64,000 bases of DNA from Candidatus Latescibacterota bacterium (GCA_965248265.1 CBDFJF010000001.1:1760001-1824000), one strand, 5' to 3'. Shown: positions 37,537-48,246, numbered from the stretch's first letter. The notes: generated from the sequence alone by a model not told the origin. Numbers and translations are program-made.

Positions 37537-38018
37537 GCGGATCCCGCCGAATAGTTGGCTCGCTTACGTGCACTATTGCTTCAGTTGGCCGCTGGTTCAC
37601 AGCTGGGATATTGTGAGATCCACCACCTGACATCCAGCATCACGGCAACACGGAATAAACCTCGTCGACGGATAGGACCGATAGGCAGCAATTGTGGATA
37701 GTTTAGATCTCTCAGGACCTTGGTGTCGAGTGGAATATAGGCTTTCGGGCGGAATGCGTGTTTCGCGGAGCTCGGCGGGCGTGGCGAAATCCCCAACACC
37801 AGTTCGACTTTGCCGCCTGAGACCGACCGGCCGGACACCGCTGAGTCCCGATTTTGTCACTACCGGCTGCCGTTGCGCCCGCAGGCGCTGATCCGGACAC
37901 CCTATCCGCGGCCCCCATCGATCACCAGACGGCGATCAACGCACAAGCACGGCCTCAACGCCCTCGAAAAACCTCAAACGAGCTTGACCGACTCACGATA
38001 ATACCGTTAATAACCACT

Positions 38019-38699
38019 ATGCACCTCTGTGACCATGCCCCGGTTGATATTTTGTCGAACTTGCGATACGCCCTGCTCGCGCTCGCGCTGCTGACAGCGA
38101 CCGCCACCACCTCGGCAGCCGGCCTCGACGACCATCCCGAATTACAGCTACAGGATGTTCAGGAGAACGATCGTTGCCTTGTCTGCGGTGGCGAACTGGA
38201 AAAGGATGGTGGCCTGGCCTTTTTGTACAAAGGGCGCCGCATCACCCTCGATACGCTCCACCTGGAAGAATTTCTGCAGAATCCCTCCGCCTATTTCTCT
38301 CACTTGCAACCGCGTGGTGCGCTGTTCCAGGAAAGTGGCGGCGGCCACCTGAGGAAGGGGTGGTTGTACTTGGGAGTTTGGATTGTTCTCGGCTTGGCCG
38401 GTGCCGCCGTCTGTACCGGCGTGGCTCTGCGCAAAGGCTTGCCACCCACGCGATGGTTCGCGGCGGGATTGGTTGCCAATATCCTCGCCGTCATCGTCGT
38501 CGTCACACGCTCGGCTCCCAAACCGATTCCCCTGCCACCCCGGTTGGCCAAGATACCGACGACGTTGGCCCCGTACCTGTGCGCTCGATGTGGCGCCCAG
38601 AACCACCCATCGGCAACACAATGCATCGACTGCGGCGCTGCCATCGAACCGACCGCTGACTCCGAGGTCAACCATAACGGGCAGAGATCACAGTCATGA
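38019..38699 (+). CDS. Membrane protein with YHS-like exported domain, two TM helices and C-terminal Zn ribbon
   Basis: CLVCG, EEFLQNPSAY and CARCGAQNHPSATQCIDCG. Confidence 0.65.
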   Translation: MHLCDHAPVDILSNLRYALLALALLTATATTSAAGLDDHPELQLQDVQENDRCLVCGGELEKDGGLAFLYKGRRITLDTLHLEEFLQNPSAYFSHLQPRGALFQESGGGHLRKGWLYLGVWIVLGLAGAAVCTGVALRKGLPPTRWFAAGLVANILAVIVVVTRSAPKPIPLPPRLAKIPTTLAPYLCARCGAQNHPSATQCIDCGAAIEPTADSEVNHNGQRSQS

Positions 38700-40990
38700 T
38701 CAAGACTGCGCAGAGCTGGCTCGAAAACAGTCTGTTCGCCTCCGCGGATGGTCCCAGCCGCCGACCCCAGCTGTCGGCGAAATTCGAGAGCAACATCCCG
38801 GGGCTGTTCGTCGTCGGCGACCTGGCTGGCGCGCCCGTGATCAAGCTGGCCATGGAGCAGGGGTACAATGTTATTGAACATATAGCCTCGCTGCCTCAGC
38901 CCACCGCGCCTGAGGGTGTCTCCGAAGACGACTTCCTCGTCGACATCCTCGTCATCGGCGCCGGCGCCGCCGGCCTCAACGCCGCGTTGGCCGCCCGCGA
39001 CCGTGGACTGTCCTGTATCCTGCTCGAGAAAGCCAAGGTCGCCAATACCATCGAGAACTTCCCGGAGGGCAAGTGGGTCTACGCCGAACCCGACAGCACG
39101 GTTCCCAAGGGGAAGCTGTGGCTGGACGGCGCCCGGAAAGAAGACCTGATCGAGCGCTGGCATCAGATCGTCGACGACAACGAAATCGATGTGCGGGTGG
39201 AAGAACCGCTGACCGCAGTTGATAAAGTAGACGGCCTCTTCACCGCCACCACCCCCAAACAGAGCTACCGGGCCCGCTGGATCGTCCTGGCCACGGGTCA
39301 GCGCGGCTATCCCCGCAAACTCGACGTCGAAGGTGAAGACCAGGAACATGTCTATCACCGGCTCTACAGCCCGCGTCACTACAAGGACGAGGACATTCTC
39401 GTCATCGGCGGTGGCAACAGTGCCATCGAGGCGGCGCTGACACTGTGCGAGCAGAACCGGGTGGTTCTGTCCTACCGCAGCGCCGAGTTCTCGCGCTTGT
39501 TCAAGGACAACCGTGAGGCCCTCGATCGCGCCGTCGCCGTCGGCGACATCCGTGTGTTGTTCAACTCCAACGTCAAGAGCTTCGGGACGGATCAAGCCAC
39601 CCTCGCGGTCGCAGCGCAAGGCGAGGACCCGCGCGAGGAAGAAGTCCCCATGCAGCACGCCTTCGTCCTCGTCGGCTCAGAGGTCCCCGTCCGCTTTTTG
39701 AAGTCGCTGGGCATCAAGCTGGAAAACGAATGGAGCGGCTCGCTGGCGCGCTCACTGTGGCTGTCACTGGCTTCGCTCGCGGGACTGTGGCTGTTTGGCG
39801 GTCAAACCGGATGGACCGCGCTCGAGCACCAGTTTATTCCCCCGGTTGGCCTGGTGCTGGCCCTGGTCTCGATTGGGAGCTTGATCCATTTCGGTCGCTC
39901 CGGCGATCGCTGGGCTTGGCTCGGAATCTCCTTCTTGGTGTGGTACGCCATCTACGGCATCAAAGTGGGGACAGGAGAGGAGTTCTGGCCCTTCAAGAAC
40001 TGGGGTTACCAGGCCATGTCGTTCTTCGAGCGGCCCTGGAGCTTCTGGTACACCGTCATCTACACCGGCCTGATGACGGTCTTCGGCATTCAGGCGATCA
40101 AGCGCTGGGGTCTTGAGCGCAAGGACCGCTTCCAGATCTGGCGTTTCGTCAGCCTGCTCGGATTCCAGTGGCTGTTCTTCTTCCTGGTACCTGAGTTCCT
40201 CTTTCAGTGGGCAGTCGAATACCAGTGGGTTGGCGAGTTGGCCCAGGACCCCGCCTTCGCTGATCAGTCCTGGCGCAGTTACGGCATCGTCTACGCCTGG
40301 CCCCTGTTCTTCTACACTTTTTTTTATAACCCGCACCACATCTGGGTGGTGTGGGGGGTGTTATTGACCTTCGTCATCATCCCCATCTTCGTCCTCTTCA
40401 ACGGCAAGCGCTATTGCTCTTGGATCTGCGGTTGCGGCGGCCTGGCCGAGACCTTCGGTGACCGCTGGCGCCACCTGGCGCCCAAGGGCAAAACGGCGAT
40501 TCGCTGGGAGAAAATGAACCTCGGCGTCCTCGTCCTGGCGACGCTCATTACCGTGGTCATGCTGGTGCGGGATGTGTACGGGCTGTTCAACGACGTGGCG
40601 GATTGGTCGATGGCCATCTATCGCATTGGCGTGGACGTCTGGCTCATCGGCATCCTGCCGGTGACCCTCTACCCGTTCCTGGGAGGCAAAGTCTGGTGCC
40701 GCTACTGGTGCCCCCTGGCAAAACTGATGGATCTGATGTCCAACCTCTACGTCAAGCTGGGCATCAGCCGCTACCACATCGAGTCCAACGATAAGTGCAT
40801 CTCGTGCAACGAGTGCTCGCGCAATTGTCTCGTTGGCATCGACGTGATGTCGTTCGCCATGAAACAGGACGTGCTCGACAACAGCAACAGCTCCTGTATC
40901 GGTTGTGGTGTCTGCGTGACGGTCTGTCCGATGGACGTGCTCTCCTTCGAGGCCAAACCGAAACAGACCACTGCGACAGGCGCCGGCTAA
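38696..40990 (+). CDS. FAD/NAD(P)-dependent oxidoreductase fused to a NapH-like membrane 4Fe-4S domain
   Basis: IGAGAAG, LATG, IGGGNSA; many TM helices; CSWICGC, CRYWCP and two CxxCxxCxxxC. Confidence 0.85.
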   Translation: MIKTAQSWLENSLFASADGPSRRPQLSAKFESNIPGLFVVGDLAGAPVIKLAMEQGYNVIEHIASLPQPTAPEGVSEDDFLVDILVIGAGAAGLNAALAARDRGLSCILLEKAKVANTIENFPEGKWVYAEPDSTVPKGKLWLDGARKEDLIERWHQIVDDNEIDVRVEEPLTAVDKVDGLFTATTPKQSYRARWIVLATGQRGYPRKLDVEGEDQEHVYHRLYSPRHYKDEDILVIGGGNSAIEAALTLCEQNRVVLSYRSAEFSRLFKDNREALDRAVAVGDIRVLFNSNVKSFGTDQATLAVAAQGEDPREEEVPMQHAFVLVGSEVPVRFLKSLGIKLENEWSGSLARSLWLSLASLAGLWLFGGQTGWTALEHQFIPPVGLVLALVSIGSLIHFGRSGDRWAWLGISFLVWYAIYGIKVGTGEEFWPFKNWGYQAMSFFERPWSFWYTVIYTGLMTVFGIQAIKRWGLERKDRFQIWRFVSLLGFQWLFFFLVPEFLFQWAVEYQWVGELAQDPAFADQSWRSYGIVYAWPLFFYTFFYNPHHIWVVWGVLLTFVIIPIFVLFNGKRYCSWICGCGGLAETFGDRWRHLAPKGKTAIRWEKMNLGVLVLATLITVVMLVRDVYGLFNDVADWSMAIYRIGVDVWLIGILPVTLYPFLGGKVWCRYWCPLAKLMDLMSNLYVKLGISRYHIESNDKCISCNECSRNCLVGIDVMSFAMKQDVLDNSNSSCIGCGVCVTVCPMDVLSFEAKPKQTTATGAG

Positions 40991-41048
40991 GATCCTCGTC
41001 GCGGCCGCAGCTGCCTCGGCGCGTCTCCCCGACCTCCATTATCCCGAC

Positions 41049-41978
41049 TCAACCCAGCTCACTCACCACCACATCTCCGTACAAGCGTTCAGCGTCCGCC
41101 ATGTGGCAATCCGCGGTTCCTTCCGTGAGTACGACGGCAGCGGAAACAGCTCCTGCCCAGCGCAGGGAGGCCTTCCAGCCGTCCCCTTTCGCCAGGCGCC
41201 AGACCAGTGAGGCCGAAGCGGCGTCACCGGCCCCCGCCGCATTGACCGGCTGCTGCACAGGTGGAGTCACACGAAAGGCCCCCTCGGCACAGAAGGCCAA
41301 CATCCCCTCTGCCCCCATCGTCAACACCAGGGCACCCATCCCGTGAGTCCGGTAGACACGATGCGATTCGGCTAGCCAACCCTCGAATGATTGTGGCCGC
41401 ACTCCGAAGGTCTGCGCAAACTCCTCCAGGTTCATCTTGACGATAGCAGGACGCGCCGGCAGCGAGGCCAGCATCGGTTCGCCGGCACAATCGATGAGCA
41501 CGGGGGTGTCAGCGGCTGCGACTATGAGATCGTGGTAGAAGGTCTGCGGACAACCCGGTGCCAGCGTCCCGGCGCCGATCACCCAGTCCGCCTCGTGGAT
41601 CCGAACACGAAAAAGCCGCATCAATTCCTGCAGATGCTCTTCGCCGACCTTCAGAGCTCCGGCCATGATATGACTGTGGCGCCCATGCGCGGTCTCACAG
41701 ACGACCAGGGCGAGGCGAGTCTCCCCTTCGACCCGGACCGCTTCGGTGGTGATGCCGTAACGACCGGCAACAGCCAGCATTTCGCGACCGGTGGCACCGG
41801 CCTCGAACACCAGGCCCACGGTATCGACACCCAGGTGGGTCAGCACGACAGCGCAGTCCATGCCCTTCCCACCCATGCAGTCGTCGTAGCCATCCGTCCG
41901 CATCACCAACCCGGGCGACCACTCGTCGATGAACAGGATACGGTCGAGGGCCGAGTTAGGCGTTACCGTCAAAATCAT
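41049..41978 (-). CDS. 1-phosphofructokinase/LacC family hexose kinase (PfkB)
   Basis: [21 protein letters not shown] and NAAGAGDA. Confidence 0.9.
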   Translation of the reverse strand: MILTVTPNSALDRILFIDEWSPGLVMRTDGYDDCMGGKGMDCAVVLTHLGVDTVGLVFEAGATGREMLAVAGRYGITTEAVRVEGETRLALVVCETAHGRHSHIMAGALKVGEEHLQELMRLFRVRIHEADWVIGAGTLAPGCPQTFYHDLIVAAADTPVLIDCAGEPMLASLPARPAIVKMNLEEFAQTFGVRPQSFEGWLAESHRVYRTHGMGALVLTMGAEGMLAFCAEGAFRVTPPVQQPVNAAGAGDAASASLVWRLAKGDGWKASLRWAGAVSAAVVLTEGTADCHMADAERLYGDVVVSELG

Positions 41979-42588
41979 ATGGGACCCGGTCCGTTGGCAT
42001 CAGGCTCTGGGAGAGGATGCACCAGGCGTTCCAGTCGATGCGCTCGGTGGCATCGAAGGCCGCCAGAAGATCCTTGCCGGCGACGAACAATCCATGCCGC
42101 GGTGCAATGACGGCGGCCGCCTGGCTACGGATGCAGTCCTCTTTCCCTGACAGACCAGCCACGATGTTGTCGGCCAGAGCCTGGCTGTGAGCCGGGGCGG
42201 CCTGAATGAGGTCGACGCTACCGAATTTCTGCGTCGATTCCAATACCATCTCGATGGAGCGACCAGCGACACAGAAGGGCAACACGTGGAATGGGTGAGC
42301 GTGAACGATGCCGGTCACGTCTGGAAAATTGCGATACACACACAGGTGGATTCTGCTCTCACGCGAGCTGCGGGGATGTTCAAGAAAATCATCCGAGGCG
42401 ATCTCCGCCCTCATGATGTCTTCCGTGCCCAATTTCCAATGCTGGCGGCTGCCGGCAAACCGGGGCGTTATCAACATCGTGTCCCCATTCCTGGCGCTGA
42501 TATTGCCGCCAGACACGTCGGTCAGTTTACGCGCAAACAGTTTGGCGGCGACATCGATGATCAACTCCGCGGTCGTATCCACAGCCAT
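41956..42588 (-). CDS. Class II aldolase/adducin family protein
   Basis: GGNISAR, ITP, SRESRIH, IVHAHP and HG. Confidence 0.9.
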   Translation of the reverse strand: MAVDTTAELIIDVAAKLFARKLTDVSGGNISARNGDTMLITPRFAGSRQHWKLGTEDIMRAEIASDDFLEHPRSSRESRIHLCVYRNFPDVTGIVHAHPFHVLPFCVAGRSIEMVLESTQKFGSVDLIQAAPAHSQALADNIVAGLSGKEDCIRSQAAAVIAPRHGLFVAGKDLLAAFDATERIDWNAWCILSQSLMPTDRVPYDFDGNA

Positions 42589-42817
42589 CTCCTGTAGTCT
42601 GAATGTAGAAGCCTCGAAAAGAGCAGATCCCCGCTCGCAGGGGTCCAGGCGGATAAAGTAACCTTGGGCGCGCTGTATGGCGATCGTGTCCTTTGCCACC
42701 CTTGAATCCGCTTGAGATCTCGATTAACGTCCGTCCCCAATGACTCCGGCACAGTTAGCATCCCGTTACTCTGGTTTGCACAGTGCCGCGCAATCTCCAC
42801 GACAAGGAACTCCTCCG

Positions 42818-43960
42818 ATGAAAATCGTCAGCGTCGAACAGTTCTTTCCCAAACCCCGCATCCGCCTGGTCAAGATCACGACCGACAACGGCCTGGCAGG
42901 ATGGGGTGAGACCACCCTTGAAGGCCGGCCCAAAAGCACAGCAGGCGCCGTTGACGAGATCGCCGATTACCTCGTCGGCAAAGACCCGCTGCGCATCCAA
43001 CATCACTGGCAGCACGTCTACCGATCGGCCTTCTTCCGCGGCGGTAATGTCTTGATGTCGGCCTTGTCCGGCATCGACCAGGCGTTGTGGGATATCGCCG
43101 GCAAGCACCATAATGTCCCCATCTATCAACTGCTGGGCGGAGCAGTCAGGGATCGGATAAGGGTGTACGCCCATTGGGGAATCGGCAGCCTCGATGAAGA
43201 TGCCTTAACCGCAGCCAGACAGCGGCTGGAGTTTCTGCAGGAAAAAGGCGGTTACACCGCCTTCAAGGCCGGCCCTCACGGCAAGTGGAGAGCCCACGAA
43301 CCGCCCTCACGGATCGATGCCTTCGTCGAGTGCGCCTGCAAGATGCGTGAGTGGGTCGGCCCCGATGTCGAGCTCTGCTTCGATTTTCACGGCAAGATGA
43401 CACCGGCCCTCGCCGTCGAGGTCTGCCACGAGATCAAGGGCATGCGGCCGATGTTCGTGGAGGAGCCGGTACCGCAGGAGAACATCGATGCCCTCGTGGA
43501 AGTCTCTAACAAAGTCCCCTTCCCGATCGCCACGGGAGAACGATTGCTGACGCGCTGGGGATTCCGAGAAATCTTCGAAAAGCGCGCCGTCGCCTACATC
43601 CAGCCCGATACCTCACATGCCGGTGGCATCTCCGAACTCGTCAAGATCGCCAACATGGCCGAGGTCTACTACATGCACATCATGCCCCACTGCGCCATCG
43701 GACCCGTCGCTTTCACCGCCTCGCTACACGTCGATGCCGTCGTGCCGAATTTTCTCATACAGGAGCAGATTGACCAGGGATTGGGAGCGGGGTTGCTAAC
43801 CGAAGACCTGAAGGTCATCGATGGCCACATTGAGTTACCGACCGAACCGGGACTCGGCATCGACATCGATGAGGAGGCGGTGGCTGAAGGATGCGAGTAC
43901 ACCGAAGAGCTGGGGGGCGAGCATTTCTATGAGACGGACGGCAGCGTCGCCGACTGGTAA
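42818..43960 (+). CDS. dgoD: Galactonate dehydratase
   Basis: GWGE, FRGGNVLMSALSGIDQALWDIAGK, DFHG, FVEEP, ATGERL and PHCAIGP. Confidence 0.75.
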   Translation: MKIVSVEQFFPKPRIRLVKITTDNGLAGWGETTLEGRPKSTAGAVDEIADYLVGKDPLRIQHHWQHVYRSAFFRGGNVLMSALSGIDQALWDIAGKHHNVPIYQLLGGAVRDRIRVYAHWGIGSLDEDALTAARQRLEFLQEKGGYTAFKAGPHGKWRAHEPPSRIDAFVECACKMREWVGPDVELCFDFHGKMTPALAVEVCHEIKGMRPMFVEEPVPQENIDALVEVSNKVPFPIATGERLLTRWGFREIFEKRAVAYIQPDTSHAGGISELVKIANMAEVYYMHIMPHCAIGPVAFTASLHVDAVVPNFLIQEQIDQGLGAGLLTEDLKVIDGHIELPTEPGLGIDIDEEAVAEGCEYTEELGGEHFYETDGSVADW

Positions 43961-44113
43961 TCACCGGGCCTTCGTCACAGCACCTCGAAGTTGGAGGAGC
44001 GCTTCAGACTTCGATCGAAGGCAAGCGTGTGCTGGCAACCGGCCCGAGCGCCGATACGCCCGATCAGGTCACCGGCTGGCTGCTGCTGTATTCCGTGCGC
44101 CATCAGCCGTCGA

Positions 44114-45136
44114 TCACAACGCCATCTCCATGAGTAGGGACCCAACCGAACGCCCCCCGACCTCGAACCCGCCCCCCTCTCCGGCGGGCGCGAATCCGAG
44201 CTGCTCGAAACAGACCTGCTTCTCTTCGTCCTCCACGCAAATGTCGGCTCTGCAGCGAGAGATTCCTCGGTCCCTGCTCCAGTCGACTGCAGCCGCGAGC
44301 AACTGCGGCCAGGCAGCGGCATAACGTTTGTGGATGAATCCGTCGACGTGGCTGACACCGTCCGCCGCTATCCGAGTGGTGGATAGCCCTGCGAGGCAAC
44401 CGCCGGTTTCCGTCCAACCCTCAAACCATGTCCCTTCCCTTTCACCCGTGGCCACCGCTTCGTACCGGGGAAACAGTCCCATGCATGACGTGAGTTGAGT
44501 AAAGCGAGTGGAATAAAGGCCTGCATTGGTGTCCAGGACCTGCCAGTCGTGTGGACACACCGCCAAGGGGATCAGGTGACAGCGTGATCGCGGCGACCCG
44601 GGGCTGACCTCGATGGATTCGGTCGCAGTGAAGTAACCTGCCAGAAAATCCTCCGGAGACTCGTCGAAGTTGACCTGCGCCATCAGGGAGGCCGAGGCCA
44701 ATTTGCGAAAGCCCAGACGGCGATAGACCCGCGCCGCTGCCGGGTTTCCCGTGCCCAGGAACAGGGCTGCCCCACCCAGTCGCGCGAACTCGTCGCGAGC
44801 CGTCTCGCACAGCTGCGCGGCTATTCCCCGGCGGCGGAAAGCGGGCGCCGTAGCAACTTCACCGAGCCCCCCGATGATAGAGGATATGTGCGTTGACGAT
44901 GGGGCTGCAGTCTCTGATCCTCGCCCGGCGTAAGCCAGGTGAGTCGTGCCCATCAGTTCGCCGCCGCCAGCATCTCGTTTGAGGTAGATCTTGTGACCGA
45001 TGAAGCCCTCATCAGACCCTGCCAGCACATCCCGAAAATCAAACTCCTCTTCGAAGATGCCTTCCCAGAACGGCGGGAGCTCCGCCTGCAGATCGGCGCT
45101 CAGAGGCGGCTCGAAACAGGAGACCTGCGGTATCAC
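44114..45136 (-). CDS. Tandem GNAT acetyltransferase
   Basis: EVATAPAFRRRGIA and ARVYRRLGF, with a second degenerate domain ending FEQLGF. Confidence 0.8.
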   Translation of the reverse strand: MIPQVSCFEPPLSADLQAELPPFWEGIFEEEFDFRDVLAGSDEGFIGHKIYLKRDAGGGELMGTTHLAYAGRGSETAAPSSTHISSIIGGLGEVATAPAFRRRGIAAQLCETARDEFARLGGAALFLGTGNPAAARVYRRLGFRKLASASLMAQVNFDESPEDFLAGYFTATESIEVSPGSPRSRCHLIPLAVCPHDWQVLDTNAGLYSTRFTQLTSCMGLFPRYEAVATGEREGTWFEGWTETGGCLAGLSTTRIAADGVSHVDGFIHKRYAAAWPQLLAAAVDWSRDRGISRCRADICVEDEEKQVCFEQLGFAPAGEGGGFEVGGRSVGSLLMEMAL

Positions 45137-45182
45137 CGATCCAGGCCCCTCGAGGAGTCTCGTCCGTTCACTCGCCTATCTG

Positions 45183-46271
45183 TCAACGCAGTTTTCCACG
45201 CGCAGCCACCGCCCACACCGCCTCGACCACCTCGTTGCGCATGCCGTAGAGGTAGTCATGCAGGAACGTGGTGGCGTCCGTGTAACCGACGATGAAATCG
45301 AAGGCATCACCGACTTTGACCGTATCATCAGGCGCCGACAAATTGATGATCATGTGCTCGGCTGAGGTTTTGATGGATGAGACATTCTCGAGTCTGAGTG
45401 GGATCGGCTCGCCCGGCCATGCCGGTATCGTCTTGAAGCCACCGTCCAGGATGATGCGTTCGGGAACGGGACGGCTGGTGACCGTGCAGCGGACGAAGGC
45501 ACAGATCTCAGTATCGACTTGCCGGCCGCTGTAGGCGCGGTCATTGAACATGCCTCCGCCAGCCTGTATCTCCGTGATACCGGGTAGAAACGGCGTTACC
45601 CTGAGCGTGCTCGTACCCCCGCAGCTGACGATCGCCACCGGCAGGCCGGCTTCCCGGCACAGATCAGCGCTGTGAGTGAGAGTGCTGACGCAACTCTCAA
45701 TTATCGCACGCTTCTCGTCGAAATCTGTCATGTTGGCCGTGTGCCCCTCCCAGGCCATCAAACCCATGTAGCGCAGGCCTGCGGTCTCATGCACGAACCG
45801 CGACATCTCCACGGTGGCCGCCCCTGGGGTCACACCGGCCCGCGCCATACCGGTATCCAGTTCGATGACGACACCTACCTCGACACCTGCGGCCGCAGCC
45901 GCTTCCCCTATCATTGTCGCATTCGGCCTGCATTCGACGGCGACCTTGATATCGGCGCGGCGACTCAGGTTCACCAATCGGGTGATCTTCTGCGGGGTCA
46001 CGAGCTGGTTGGCAATCAGGATATCCGTTATCCCGGCATCCACCATGACCTCGGCCTCACCCAACTTGGCACAGGTGACTCCGATGGCTCCGGCGTTCAG
46101 CGCCTTGTGGGCGATGGCCGGTACCTTGATCCCCTTGATGTGTGGTCTCCATTGGACACCGGCCTCACTGAAAAGCGTTGCCAGTTGTTTGATGTTGCTC
46201 TCCAGTTTGTCGAGATCCGCCCACAGGAAGGGCGTATCCACGTCGCGTTTGTTCAGTCCAACTTCAGTCAA
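45183..46271 (-). CDS. DSD1 / D-threonine aldolase family PLP enzyme
   Basis: DTP, RPHIK, CAKLGEAE, DTGMARAG, GGT and SAEH. Confidence 0.9.
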   Translation of the reverse strand: MTEVGLNKRDVDTPFLWADLDKLESNIKQLATLFSEAGVQWRPHIKGIKVPAIAHKALNAGAIGVTCAKLGEAEVMVDAGITDILIANQLVTPQKITRLVNLSRRADIKVAVECRPNATMIGEAAAAAGVEVGVVIELDTGMARAGVTPGAATVEMSRFVHETAGLRYMGLMAWEGHTANMTDFDEKRAIIESCVSTLTHSADLCREAGLPVAIVSCGGTSTLRVTPFLPGITEIQAGGGMFNDRAYSGRQVDTEICAFVRCTVTSRPVPERIILDGGFKTIPAWPGEPIPLRLENVSSIKTSAEHMIINLSAPDDTVKVGDAFDFIVGYTDATTFLHDYLYGMRNEVVEAVWAVAARGKLR

Positions 46272-46314
46272 TTTCCATTCCCCCGTAGCGTGTTATGCTC
46301 ATTCAGTTATTCAA

Positions 46315-48246
46315 TTAGTCGCCTGCGACCCAGTTCGGCCGCAGAACGAAAACCCGGTCGTCCCAGATAAATTTGTCCAGACGGGTCGCCCAATGCGCCC
46401 CACCGATGACGTAAAGTCGACCATCCAGGACGGCGGCACCGCCCCAGGACTGCCGGGTAGGCAGATCCGGACCGGAGCGCCACATGCGCTCGGCTGGCGA
46501 GTAGCGCCAGCTCTTCCTGGTGCGGTGATCACCCAGAGCCCAGATCTCGCCCTCGAACGCGGTCACGTAGGAAGCCTGTGGCAAATGCTCGGGGGCCGGC
46601 AGGTCGTCCCAGGTACCTGTGCCGGGATCGTAGGCGAAGGCGCCCTCACGACCGATGACGTAGATGATGTCATCGAGGACACAGCCGGCGAATTGGTGGA
46701 TGGGACGCGGGGTTTCTGCTTCGAAACGCCATGAGTCCTCTCCAGGGCCGATACTTTCGACCGAAGACAACGCATCCTCATTATCGGAGCCGCCGATCGC
46801 GTAGACACGCTCCCCGGAGACCAGCGCAACAGGCTCGGTCCGAGCCGTGTTCAGCGATGGAGCGTCACGCCATGTGCCGCTCGCAGGATCAAAGACGATG
46901 ACCTCATCAAGAGGCACAAGACCTCGGGCGCTGTCAGGCTTATCCGGGTTCACCCTGCCGCCGACGATCCAGACTTCTCCCTCGAAGGTCGTCAATCCAT
47001 TGTGACATCGCGCCGTCGGCATCTGCCCGGCGACGTTCCAGGTGCGTGTCTGCGGATCGAAACGAAAGATCTCGGCGAAAACGCGGCCGGCGGCCGGAAA
47101 GTCCCATCCTGCGGTCAACCCCCCGGCGACGTAGAGCTGACGATCGAGTTCAACGGCAAAGATGTCGTGGTTGCCACCCGGTAGTGGAGCGACTTCCTCC
47201 CACGAGTGCTGCCAGGCTTGGGCAATCGCCTCAATTCTGAAAATCTGCGAGCCGGAGGTGAACCAAATATGACCCAGCGGATCGACGTGAATCAGGTCGA
47301 TCGAACCCGCCCCTTCACCCGCTGGTACGATAGCGTGTGTCGTGAGTGTGTTGGCAGAATCGGCCTCGACCTCCAGTAGCGTGCCGTCGTCAAACCCAAA
47401 AAGGAGGTCCCCGTCAGCGTGCGATCGCGTCATCGCCGTTATGCGGCCGCTCCAGTCAGCGGCTCCAATCGGCGTGTGCCATCCGTCGCCAGGCTGATGC
47501 GGGTCCATGCGGTGGACCCCAAACCCGCCTGCCGAGACCCATACGAATCCGGAGGCATCGATCGCCAGGAGATTGCCGTCCCCGTCAGGCTGTGGATCGA
47601 CGAGTTGCCAAACACTTGGCGTACTGGCCGCGCGCACTACAGCGACGGTCGATCCCCCCTGATCTGGAGCCAACGCCCAATGGTTGTCGTAGAGGTCGTA
47701 CGCGGACGCCATGGGCGCCAGGTTGCCACCGATTCCCTCGGGTTGCGGCAGGTATTCCCCGCTCGAATCGCGAAAATTCGCGCATCCACTGATCCACACA
47801 CTGCCGTCTCTGTTGCCCGCGACCTTGCGATCCGCGACCCTGCGATCGGCTACCGTGCGGTCTGCCTGATTCGAACAGTCGAATTTCGCGCTGACATCGG
47901 TGACGATCCATCCGGCTTCGAGGTCGACCTGGAGGATGGACGCAGAAGATGCCACGAACAGCTTGCCGTCGCGGCTGCCAGAGACGCCGCTGACATGCCC
48001 GGTTATGAATCTACGCGTCTCACTGCGCTCGGCATCCACGACAAACAGACCGGCGCCTTGCTCTCCCGGCACGGAAGCCAGCAAGCGCCCCGTGTGGTCG
48101 CTGTAGAGAGCGGTGGGCGGCGCCGCCAGTGTGGTCACGTGCAAAATAGACTCTCTCCCGGTTGACGCCGTGTCAGCACCCAGGTCGACGGCTAGCAATG
48201 ACAGTAGTACAACCGACGCTTTGAGGAGGTCAGTGAATCGACGCAT
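46315..48246 (-). CDS. Secreted beta-propeller plus Kelch-repeat protein
   Basis: Signal peptide; Kelch repeats LYVAGG, VWIVGG, VYAIGG, IYVIG and LYVIGG. Confidence 0.8.
   Translation of the reverse strand: MRRFTDLLKASVVLLSLLAVDLGADTASTGRESILHVTTLAAPPTALYSDHTGRLLASVPGEQGAGLFVVDAERSETRRFITGHVSGVSGSRDGKLFVASSASILQVDLEAGWIVTDVSAKFDCSNQADRTVADRRVADRKVAGNRDGSVWISGCANFRDSSGEYLPQPEGIGGNLAPMASAYDLYDNHWALAPDQGGSTVAVVRAASTPSVWQLVDPQPDGDGNLLAIDASGFVWVSAGGFGVHRMDPHQPGDGWHTPIGAADWSGRITAMTRSHADGDLLFGFDDGTLLEVEADSANTLTTHAIVPAGEGAGSIDLIHVDPLGHIWFTSGSQIFRIEAIAQAWQHSWEEVAPLPGGNHDIFAVELDRQLYVAGGLTAGWDFPAAGRVFAEIFRFDPQTRTWNVAGQMPTARCHNGLTTFEGEVWIVGGRVNPDKPDSARGLVPLDEVIVFDPASGTWRDAPSLNTARTEPVALVSGERVYAIGGSDNEDALSSVESIGPGEDSWRFEAETPRPIHQFAGCVLDDIIYVIGREGAFAYDPGTGTWDDLPAPEHLPQASYVTAFEGEIWALGDHRTRKSWRYSPAERMWRSGPDLPTRQSWGGAAVLDGRLYVIGGAHWATRLDKFIWDDRVFVLRPNWVAGD

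Noticed and set aside
37721-37801. Long imperfect hairpin TGGTGTCGAG...CCCCAACACCA as a riboswitch or tRNA
   Set aside because: No recognisable aptamer or cloverleaf consensus; kept only as part of a possible IS scar.
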